64,000 nucleotides of DNA from an uncultured Gammaproteobacteria bacterium (lineage in GTDB: Bacteria; Patescibacteriota; Microgenomatia; CAZETR01; Amesbacteraceae): assembly GCA_964518565.1 (NCBI GenBank), contig CAZFGX010000001.1, positions 139,046-203,045 of the forward strand. The letters run 5' to 3'. Positions 37,130 through 45,382 of this stretch are shown here, one piece after another (position 1 is the stretch's first letter; every line of letters starts with the position of its first letter). Below the pieces are notes generated by a model. The model worked only from the letters and a program-made list of their open reading frames with translations. It made no database searches and was not told where the DNA came from. The translations under genes were made by a program, and so were the position numbers.

Positions 37130-39880
37130 ATGTTAAAAATATTTTCCAAAATCCTCGACACCAACCAAAAAGAAATCGATCAACTGCGTCAAAAAGTTGA
37201 CCTAGTAAATAGCCATGCTTCAGCTATATCAAAACTGAAATCAAACAAAGATTTTGCTGCCAAAACTGCTGAGTTCAAAACCCGCTTAGCAAATGGAGAA
37301 ACAGTCGACGAGCTAATGCCCGAAGCTTTCGCCTTGGTCCGAGAGGCCTCGTATAGAGCTATCGGCCTTCGGCCATATGATGTGCAAATAATGGCGGCGG
37401 TTGCCTTTCATCAGGGAAAAGTCTCTGAACAAAAAACTGGTGAAGGGAAAACTCTCTCAGCCATCCCCGCCCTATATCTGAATGCTTTAAGTGGTCAAGG
37501 AGTCCATTTAGTTACAGCCAATGATTATTTAGCCAGGCGTGATGCTGGTTGGAACAGTCCCACTTTTGCTCTTCTTGGGTTAACAGTTGGCGTTATCGTT
37601 CATGACAAGTCGTATATTTACGACGCTCAATATTTCGACCCAAGCCATGGAGACGACCGACTTGCCCATTTAAAACCCGTTTCAAGAAAAGAAGCTTATG
37701 CAGCAGATATTACCTACGGCACAAACAATGAGTTTGGTTTTGACTACCTCCGAGACAATATGGTCCAACAATCCATCGACATGGTTCAGCGTGGGCATCA
37801 TTTTGCTATCGTCGACGAAGTCGACTCTATTCTTATCGACGAAGCCCGCACGCCACTCATTATCTCTGCTCCAGACACAGAACCTACACAAAAATATTAT
37901 GAATTCGCAAAAATAGTTAGCCGTTTGGATGCTGCAACTGACTATATTGTTGATGAAAAGCATCGCAGTGCTACACTCACAGAAGATGGTCTGAAAAAAA
38001 TCGAAAAAATGTTAGGTGTAGAAAATCTTTATGAAAAAGATTTTGACACTATTCATCATGTAGAAAACGCTCTCAAAGCCAGATCGTTATTTTTAATCGA
38101 TAAAGATTACATTGTTCGAGAAAACCAAGTAGTCATTGTCGATGAATTTACCGGTCGACTTATGCCAGGACGACGTTGGTCTGAGGGTTTACATCAGGCT
38201 GTCGAAGCAAAAGAAAATGTTGCCATTCAACAAGAATCAAAGACTTTGGCTACAATTTCATTCCAAAACTATTTCCGCATGTACCAAAAATTAGCCGGTA
38301 TGACTGGCACCGCCGCCACAGAAGCTGAGGAATTACGAAAAATTTACAAACTAGATGTGGTTGTAATTCCTACCAACAAGCCCAATCAACGCAAAGACCA
38401 TGCCGATATTATTTACAAAAATACCAAAGCAAAATATACAGCTCTAGCTGAAGAAATTGCTCAGTATCACAAAAAAGGCCAACCGGTTTTAGTAGGTACC
38501 ACGTCAATTGAAAAAAATGAAATTGTCTCTGAATATTTAAAGAAAAAAGGTGTCCCACATCAAGTGCTCAACGCTAAAAATCACGAAAAAGAAGCAGAAA
38601 TTATTGCCGAAGCCGGTCGATTGGGAGCCGTCACGATCGCTACCAATATTGCTGGCCGCGGGGTAGACATTATTTTGGGTGGTAGTACACCTGCCAATCC
38701 CAAATTTGTTCTAGGCGACTCAAAGCTTTCCGACTCAGAGTACGAAAAACTCATGACCAAATGGCAAAAAGATCATGAAGCAGTTCTGGCAGCGGGAGGA
38801 CTTCATGTGATTGGTACTGAGCGTCACGAATCTCGACGAATCGACAATCAATTGCGTGGACGATCGGGTCGTCAAGGAGATCCAGGATCAACCAGATTTT
38901 ATCTTTCACTAGATGACGACATTATGCGAATTTTTGGCGGAGATCAGGTCGCCAAAATTATGAGCTTCTTAAAAATCCCTGAAAACGAGCCAATAGAACA
39001 TTCTATGGTAAGCAAGGCCATTGAACAGGCTCAAGTGAAAGTCGAAGGGTTCAATTTTGATGCTCGAAAAAACGTTGTCGAATATGACGATGTTATGAAC
39101 AAGCAGCGCGAAATTGTCTACGGGCTACGCAAGCGAGTTCTGATGGGCGAGTTAACTCAAGAAGAAGTAGTCCAAAAGCTGAAATCAATCGTCAAAAACA
39201 ACATTACCATGTTCGTACCTCGTGGCATAATTGAATCTGAAGCTCAACAAATAGCCACTTCAATTGCCGAAATCGTTCCACTAGACGACCAGTCACAAAA
39301 AAATCTTATAGACCAGTTCCATACATCTGGTACTAGTCAAGAAGCCATTGCCTTGGGTGAGCAAATAATCGATCAGGCGGTGACGGGTCGTCTATCACAG
39401 CTTGGTCCAGATGTCTGGAAAGATGTTGTCCGATTTGCCTATTTAAGTTCTATCGACAATTTATGGATCGACCACTTAGACGCCATAGACGATCTACGAG
39501 CTGGTATTGGCTTGCGAGGATACGGCCAAAGAGATCCCTTAGTGGAATACAAAGCAGAAGCCTATGCAATGTTTGAACGTTTAATTATTCAAATCGAATC
39601 AGAATTCTCAAAGCGCCTATTCCGTATTCAAGTAGGTATACCAAACACTATGCCTGCCCCACTTCAGACAATTGAAGTACATCCTGAAGCAGTATTACCC
39701 TCTATAGAAAAGTCCACTTCTTCTCCCACTGTTCCCAAAACAGCTCCAAATGACTTCATGTCCGCTTTTGCTGGACTGCAAAAAACCAGCACCGAAAACC
39801 CTCACAAAAAAGTCGGTCGAAACGATCCTTGCTGGTGTGGATCTGGTAAAAAATACAAAACCTGCCACTACCCCAACTAA
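37130..39880 (+). CDS. secA: Preprotein translocase SecA
   Basis: KTGEGKT, DEVDSILIDEARTP, GRSGRQGDPG, SEC-C motif. Confidence 0.98.
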   Translation: MLKIFSKILDTNQKEIDQLRQKVDLVNSHASAISKLKSNKDFAAKTAEFKTRLANGETVDELMPEAFALVREASYRAIGLRPYDVQIMAAVAFHQGKVSEQKTGEGKTLSAIPALYLNALSGQGVHLVTANDYLARRDAGWNSPTFALLGLTVGVIVHDKSYIYDAQYFDPSHGDDRLAHLKPVSRKEAYAADITYGTNNEFGFDYLRDNMVQQSIDMVQRGHHFAIVDEVDSILIDEARTPLIISAPDTEPTQKYYEFAKIVSRLDAATDYIVDEKHRSATLTEDGLKKIEKMLGVENLYEKDFDTIHHVENALKARSLFLIDKDYIVRENQVVIVDEFTGRLMPGRRWSEGLHQAVEAKENVAIQQESKTLATISFQNYFRMYQKLAGMTGTAATEAEELRKIYKLDVVVIPTNKPNQRKDHADIIYKNTKAKYTALAEEIAQYHKKGQPVLVGTTSIEKNEIVSEYLKKKGVPHQVLNAKNHEKEAEIIAEAGRLGAVTIATNIAGRGVDIILGGSTPANPKFVLGDSKLSDSEYEKLMTKWQKDHEAVLAAGGLHVIGTERHESRRIDNQLRGRSGRQGDPGSTRFYLSLDDDIMRIFGGDQVAKIMSFLKIPENEPIEHSMVSKAIEQAQVKVEGFNFDARKNVVEYDDVMNKQREIVYGLRKRVLMGELTQEEVVQKLKSIVKNNITMFVPRGIIESEAQQIATSIAEIVPLDDQSQKNLIDQFHTSGTSQEAIALGEQIIDQAVTGRLSQLGPDVWKDVVRFAYLSSIDNLWIDHLDAIDDLRAGIGLRGYGQRDPLVEYKAEAYAMFERLIIQIESEFSKRLFRIQVGIPNTMPAPLQTIEVHPEAVLPSIEKSTSSPTVPKTAPNDFMSAFAGLQKTSTENPHKKVGRNDPCWCGSGKKYKTCHYPN

Positions 39881-39893
39881 TACTAACAAATTC

Positions 39894-40508
39894 TTAGGCT
39901 TTTTTATTTTTATACAAATACATATAGGGGACAACGCTCAAGCTATTTAGCACGGCAGAAAAAATAAACACGGATTTATATCCCATCGCGGAAATTAACA
40001 TCCCACTAATTGCTGAAGCGATGGATAGTGTAGTCAAAATAATAATATCCAGCATTCCCCATTCGATAACTTCTTTCTGTTTATCCAAATGCGTAGAAAA
40101 CAGAGTCGATCGTAGTGGTGTGATCAGTCCAGTAAAAAAACCCGCGATACCATAAAAAATATAAATAGATCCGATTGTCGCCACTGTCACAAAGCCTAAA
40201 TAGGAAATATTCATAAACAAAATGACACAAATGATCAGCAATAATTTATGTTGAACAGTCAATCGCGGTAAAAATACTCCGCATCCTACACTACCTAAAA
40301 CCCGCAATAAGAGGTAAACACTGTAAGCAAAGGTAATAGATTGCACTGTAGCATTAGATACTTCAGTCAGAGCAAACACACTAATTAGTGGCATCAAGAT
40401 AGACCACGCAGACCAAAAAAACGCTTCTGAAACAATAAACGCCTTCGCTACGGGGTTAAAATTCAGATTTTTTACACCTCCAAACAATGAGACCGGGCCA
40501 TGTAGCAT
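39894..40508 (-). CDS. Half-size (6-TM) MFS-like protein
   Basis: Six hydrophobic segments, MFS-like pattern. Confidence 0.7.
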   Translation of the reverse strand: MLHGPVSLFGGVKNLNFNPVAKAFIVSEAFFWSAWSILMPLISVFALTEVSNATVQSITFAYSVYLLLRVLGSVGCGVFLPRLTVQHKLLLIICVILFMNISYLGFVTVATIGSIYIFYGIAGFFTGLITPLRSTLFSTHLDKQKEVIEWGMLDIIILTTLSIASAISGMLISAMGYKSVFIFSAVLNSLSVVPYMYLYKNKKA

Positions 40509-40552
40509 GTCTGTCTAGTCTATGAATAACGTCAAAGATTTGCAATATATCT

Positions 40553-40631
40553 TATAATTCGCTTGGCTAATCTACAATTGCGTAGCAATGCCGACGTACA
40601 TTCAAAAATTGCAAAAAAAAGGAATATTCAT
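40553..40631 (+). promoter_or_regulatory. -10 + hairpin + boxA-like motif leader (cassette F)
   Basis: TATAAT; TTGGC..CTAC-AATTGC-GTAG..GCCGA; GTACATTCAAAA 40596-40607; AAGGA. Confidence 0.6.
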
Positions 40632-41258
40632 ATGAGTCACATGTATATATGGGGTCCAAACCAGTTAGAAGATGCAATATATCAAATCGAAAAGCTTCAG
40701 AAAAATATCCAGTTAGCGATCCGAAGTACTAGTCAATACACCCAAACACGTTTCGAGTTTGCCGAACAATTTTTACGAATAGCTAGTCTAGTGGCTCGCT
40801 ACAAAGTGCAACACCCTGTGCAAAAATTTATTCCGCAGATGTATCAGTTAATTGCGCCTAGCATGCACCAAATGCACGCAGAAGTCTATTTGGACGGATC
40901 AATACTGGATACAATCCAACTTCCAACTCAGGTAGATTTTCTAAAGGGCGATGCTCGAGGTATAGTGACTGAATGTCTGCCAGTAGCCCAGTTGCCCGCA
41001 GTGTGGAGCGATAGATGTGTGTCACTAATTACAGCAAATCTGCAGACATTTAAAACTGCTTTTTCACTGGTTAGTTCAGCGAGTACTGTCTCATATCAAG
41101 GGATTTCGTCTGGCGCATTTCAAATCAGCTCGATGTGTGAAATTTCCTGGCTGATTATCAAAAATCAATTCGGAACAGTACCTCTGCACAAACGAGCCGA
41201 AATTATGGAATTAATTTCGAGGTCCTTGTATCAAGAATATGGTATTTATGTCGAATAA
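40632..41258 (+). CDS. Hypothetical (ORFan) protein
   Basis: Start refined to MSHMY after AAGGA; terminator follows. Confidence 0.7.
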   Translation: MSHMYIWGPNQLEDAIYQIEKLQKNIQLAIRSTSQYTQTRFEFAEQFLRIASLVARYKVQHPVQKFIPQMYQLIAPSMHQMHAEVYLDGSILDTIQLPTQVDFLKGDARGIVTECLPVAQLPAVWSDRCVSLITANLQTFKTAFSLVSSASTVSYQGISSGAFQISSMCEISWLIIKNQFGTVPLHKRAEIMELISRSLYQEYGIYVE

Positions 41259-41275
41259 ATTTTTGCAATAATCCC

Positions 41276-41306
41276 AAAGCGTAGAGATACTCTCTACGCT
41301 TTTTTT
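41276..41306 (+). terminator. Intrinsic terminator
   Basis: AAAGCGTAGAGA-TAC-TCTCTACGCTTT plus T-run. Confidence 0.85.
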
Positions 41307-41331
41307 ATGCGACTGTGTTAAGGTAAATACG

Positions 41332-42684
41332 ATGCGTATTACTTTTTTAGGAGCCGCAGGGACAGTTACTGGTTCCAGCTATCTGCTTACTGCCAATTCT
41401 GGTGAACATATTTTAGTAGATCTCGGGATGTTTCAAGGTCCACCTGAAATTGAGAAGCTCAATTTCTCAAATTTACCCGCAGAAATAGCTCAACTCTCAG
41501 GCGTTGTACTTACGCATGCACATTTGGATCATTGTGGCCGTTTGCCAATGTTGGCCCGCCATCATTTCCAAGGTCCTATTTGGATGACTAGACCAACAGC
41601 CGATTTAGTAGAACTTTCCTTATTCGACAGCGCCAAAATTGCCCAGGAAGACTTTGGTGAACATGCGTTGTATACCCACGAAGATGTCAAAAAAATTCTC
41701 CAACACTGCAAAACTACTTCATATCATACTACGTTCACTGTTGGACCGTTTAGTGTTCGATTGTTCGACGCGGGACATATCCTCGGCTCCGCCAGTGCAG
41801 AAATAATCGATTTGTCAGCTCAAAATCAAAAGAAATACATTTTTAGTGGAGATCTGGGTAATACGCCAGAAGAATTAGTACAACCAACTGAGTCAATAAC
41901 ACAGGGAAATGTAGTAATAATGGAATCTACATACGGAGACCGTATTCATCCACACGAAACACCATCAGAAAAAATTATTTCTGAAGTTCGATTAATTGAA
42001 CAGCAAAGTTCTACATTATTAATCCCTGCCTTTTCTTTGGAACGTGCTCAAGAATTGCTGCACATCATCGCCCACGCCAAACAAAACCATCAGATAAAGA
42101 TAGACACTCCGATATTTCTCGATAGTCCAATGGCTGAAAAAGCCACAGAAATTTATTCTAAATACCCATCGATGTTTAACCTTGAAGTTCAGGCAGATTT
42201 TCGTCGTGCAAACCCATTTGATTTTCCTGGATTATTTGTAACTCAAAAACCTCAAGATGGGGTGCTCATTGCCAAAACCCCTGGCGCAAAAGTGATTATT
42301 GCCGGCAGTGGCATGATGACTGGTGGCAGGATTATCAACCATGCTGCCTCATATCTACCTCATGAACAAAATCGTATTCTTTTTGTCGGTTATCAAGGGG
42401 AACAGACCCTTGGGAGAGCCATTTTAGATGGTGAAAAAAATGTCACGATTCGTAACACTAAAATTCAAATCCGTGCCTCCGTATCCCAGACCCAAGCTAT
42501 GAGTTCACATGCAGATCAACCACGACTACTAAATTGGTTAAATACCATACACACCCCCACAGATCTCATACTTACCCACGGTGAAGATTTGGTCAGAGAT
42601 GCTCTGGCAGAAAAAATTAAATCTACGTCGTCTTCAATCAGAATTCACACCCCCCATCTCCACGACCAATTGACTCTAGATTAA
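41332..42684 (+). CDS. MBL-fold beta-CASP ribonuclease
   Basis: THAHLDHCG, AGHILGS, ESTYG, SSHAD, THGE. Confidence 0.92.
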   Translation: MRITFLGAAGTVTGSSYLLTANSGEHILVDLGMFQGPPEIEKLNFSNLPAEIAQLSGVVLTHAHLDHCGRLPMLARHHFQGPIWMTRPTADLVELSLFDSAKIAQEDFGEHALYTHEDVKKILQHCKTTSYHTTFTVGPFSVRLFDAGHILGSASAEIIDLSAQNQKKYIFSGDLGNTPEELVQPTESITQGNVVIMESTYGDRIHPHETPSEKIISEVRLIEQQSSTLLIPAFSLERAQELLHIIAHAKQNHQIKIDTPIFLDSPMAEKATEIYSKYPSMFNLEVQADFRRANPFDFPGLFVTQKPQDGVLIAKTPGAKVIIAGSGMMTGGRIINHAASYLPHEQNRILFVGYQGEQTLGRAILDGEKNVTIRNTKIQIRASVSQTQAMSSHADQPRLLNWLNTIHTPTDLILTHGEDLVRDALAEKIKSTSSSIRIHTPHLHDQLTLD

Positions 42685-43481
42685 TGTGATTGTTTTGCTA
42701 CAAAGTAGCCCACACTGACCCAATAGCAAAAAATCATAAACGACACCTTGAGCCCTTGTAACCCTAGTCGATAGCCTCCACTGGTAAATGCCATCAATCC
42801 TTGATAGACACCCAGCGGTAAACTTAAAAACACAGGATGATTCTTAATTGAATAATATCTTGGCAAAACAATAGAACCGTTTTTTGGAAAATGTGAATAA
42901 TTTTTGGGATCTCGAGCTATCCAGTTGGCATGAATCGTGACCCATTTTTTCCATTTAGTTCGAAATATTTTCCAGGAAAAATTATCATAATTTGGTTTAT
43001 GCTCGAGTATATAGTGTGTAGTAATAATTTTCCCTGAATTTGGCAGTACTTCACAATGTGGAAGACCTAAAAAACTCACACGATCTTTGCGAAACAAAGC
43101 CTTTTTGTGCGGCCAGCCATGAGTGATATAACGTTCACCGTTCCATGTTGGCCAAACCAGTTCATAAATAGCTACATCTTTGGCTTTGGTAAGAAGTGGG
43201 AGTGCAGCAGCCAAACCCGCAGATAAAGATTCATCTGCATCCAGCTGAAGTATCCAAGGTCCTTTTGCTTTCTCGTACAACCACGGACGATGAGGCTCTG
43301 CATTGCCTTGGTAAGGTCGTTCAAATGTCTTTGCCCCATACCCGTGGCAAATTTCCAAAGTTTTGTCGGTGCAAGGTCCGTCGTGAACGACCAAAATTTC
43401 ATCGACCAGTCCTTTTATACTCTCCAAAGCTGTCCGAATAACTTTTTCTTCGTTGTAAACCACGAAAACAGCACTAATCAT
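42681..43481 (-). CDS. Glycosyltransferase family 2
   Basis: VYNEE, DGPCTD, LDADE. Confidence 0.88.
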   Translation of the reverse strand: MISAVFVVYNEEKVIRTALESIKGLVDEILVVHDGPCTDKTLEICHGYGAKTFERPYQGNAEPHRPWLYEKAKGPWILQLDADESLSAGLAAALPLLTKAKDVAIYELVWPTWNGERYITHGWPHKKALFRKDRVSFLGLPHCEVLPNSGKIITTHYILEHKPNYDNFSWKIFRTKWKKWVTIHANWIARDPKNYSHFPKNGSIVLPRYYSIKNHPVFLSLPLGVYQGLMAFTSGGYRLGLQGLKVSFMIFCYWVSVGYFVAKQSH

Positions 43482-43553
43482 GACTAAATTATAACATATT
43501 ATAGGATATAAAACCTATATAAACCCTTGGTTAAAGGTGGTATAGTAACAAGT

Positions 43554-43805
43554 ATGCAATTTGCTCAAATTTTCTTTTACTTATCAGTCGGTGTGGGAGT
43601 TTGGATAATAGTCATTGGTCTTACGATCTTGATCATTGAAGTGATTTCGACTGTTAGATTATTCAGAAAAACAGTCACAGATGTAAGAAGTGGAATTGCA
43701 GATCTGGAAAATCTAAAAAATAGTCTAAAGTTAGGGATTTTTGCGCTCGTTGGGAATCTTATTGGAAAATCAAACCAGAAAGGGGGTGGAAAAAATGCCA
43801 AATAA
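43554..43805 (+). CDS. Small membrane protein
   Basis: TATAGT 7 nt before ATG; TM plus coiled coil. Confidence 0.7.
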   Translation: MQFAQIFFYLSVGVGVWIIVIGLTILIIEVISTVRLFRKTVTDVRSGIADLENLKNSLKLGIFALVGNLIGKSNQKGGGKNAK

Positions 43806-44055
43806 AAAATCAGAACCAAGTATGCTCGGAAAAGTGGCCACGATTGCTGGTGTAGCTGTGGCTGGTGTCGCTGCCGGAGCCGCGGCAGTTGCTATGTCAG
43901 ATCCAAAAACACGAAAAGCTGTGGTTAAAAAAGTAAATGAATTCAAAGACATGGCTCAAGACAAGGCTGAAGATGTTATGGATCAAGCAGCTGAATTATC
44001 TGAAGATGTCAAAGGGAAAATCAAGGACTTTACTGACAAAATTTCAGAAAAATAA
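43795..44055 (+). CDS. YtxH-like small protein
   Basis: GVAAGAAAVAM TM followed by K/D/E-rich helix. Confidence 0.65.
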   Translation: MPNKKSEPSMLGKVATIAGVAVAGVAAGAAAVAMSDPKTRKAVVKKVNEFKDMAQDKAEDVMDQAAELSEDVKGKIKDFTDKISEK

Positions 44056-44056
44056 T

Positions 44057-44803
44057 ATGAAAAAGTATTCCATTTTGCTAATAGCATTGGGATATTTTTT
44101 CTTATTCCCTTCATCAACCAAAGCAGCACCTGCAAACATATGTTTGCGTGTTCCAGTACTTATGTATCATCACATACAACCGATGTCTGTTGCACAAAAG
44201 AAAAAACAAACGTCATTGACAGTAGATGACAAAATCTTTGGTCAACAAATGCGTTGGTTGATGGACAGGGGATACAAAAGTATTGCTGCCCAAGATTTAG
44301 CAAGCGCATTGCTAAACAAAACCTCTTTGCCTACAAAAGCAGTCGTCATTACCTTGGATGATGGTTATGAAGACGCATTTACGTATGCATACCCAATTGC
44401 CCAGCAATTAGGTCTAAAATTAAATCTCATGATCCCTACAGGTTTACTAAATAACCCAGATTATCTTACCTGGGATCAACTAAAATCCATGGTCAACAAT
44501 GGTGTGGCCTTTGCTCATAATCACACATGGTCGCATGCAAGTCTGGCAAAGGCTCCGATGGCGAAGCGCGAATTTGAAATAGATACTGCGTTTCTTCAGT
44601 TAAAAAACAATTTAAATGCAGACACAAAAATATTTGCCTATCCATATGGCTCAAAAAATCTCGCGTCAGAACAATATTTACAAAAAAAGGGGTATATCGC
44701 AGCCTTCTCGACCATACCTGGATCACTTGAATGTACAAATCAAATAATGCAGCTTCCGCGACTGCGTATTGGCAACTTTCCACTTTCCCAGTATGGTATA
44801 TAA
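44057..44803 (+). CDS. Polysaccharide deacetylase (NodB/CE4)
   Basis: VLMYHH, TLDDG, HTWSH, FAYPYG. Confidence 0.9.
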   Translation: MKKYSILLIALGYFFLFPSSTKAAPANICLRVPVLMYHHIQPMSVAQKKKQTSLTVDDKIFGQQMRWLMDRGYKSIAAQDLASALLNKTSLPTKAVVITLDDGYEDAFTYAYPIAQQLGLKLNLMIPTGLLNNPDYLTWDQLKSMVNNGVAFAHNHTWSHASLAKAPMAKREFEIDTAFLQLKNNLNADTKIFAYPYGSKNLASEQYLQKKGYIAAFSTIPGSLECTNQIMQLPRLRIGNFPLSQYGI

Positions 44804-44813
44804 ATAATTTACT

Positions 44814-45374
44814 ATGCAACAAGATCCAATGTCTCAACAAGTAAAAGAGTTGGCTGAGTTAAACCAGCTACCTCAAAAATCTTCAAATATTATTGGAACA
44901 ATTTTAGTCTTACTCGTCTTTATTTCAGGTTTGGGAGTGGCTGGATACGCAGGATACGACTGGTATAAAAATCGCTCGACCAAACTATCAGAGGAACCAG
45001 AAACTACCACAACTCCAGCCCCAACATCTCAGCCAATTATCACTTCTGTTCCTAGTCCCATTCCATCACCGAGTCCATTAGTCTCATTTTCAATCTCTTC
45101 ATTAAAAATTGAAATTTTAAATGGCAGCGGAGTAGCTGGTTTAGCCGGTAATGCCAAATTGGTTCTAGAGGAGTCGGGATATAAAAATATTCAAACAGGT
45201 AATGCGCAAAACTATGAATATGAGCAAACCATTATTATGGCCAAAAAAGACAAGCAATCTACAGTGCCTGCACTACAAGACATACTCAAAAAGACCTACT
45301 CAATAGATGAACAAAAAAATATCCTAGACGAATCAAATCCAAATGATATCGTCATTATTATTGGAAAAAAATAA
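44814..45374 (+). CDS. Membrane-anchored LytR C-terminal domain protein
   Basis: TM, P/T stalk, ILNGSGVAGLA..GNA..DIVIIIG. Confidence 0.85.
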   Translation: MQQDPMSQQVKELAELNQLPQKSSNIIGTILVLLVFISGLGVAGYAGYDWYKNRSTKLSEEPETTTTPAPTSQPIITSVPSPIPSPSPLVSFSISSLKIEILNGSGVAGLAGNAKLVLEESGYKNIQTGNAQNYEYEQTIIMAKKDKQSTVPALQDILKKTYSIDEQKNILDESNPNDIVIIIGKK

Positions 45375-45382
45375 ATGAAGCA

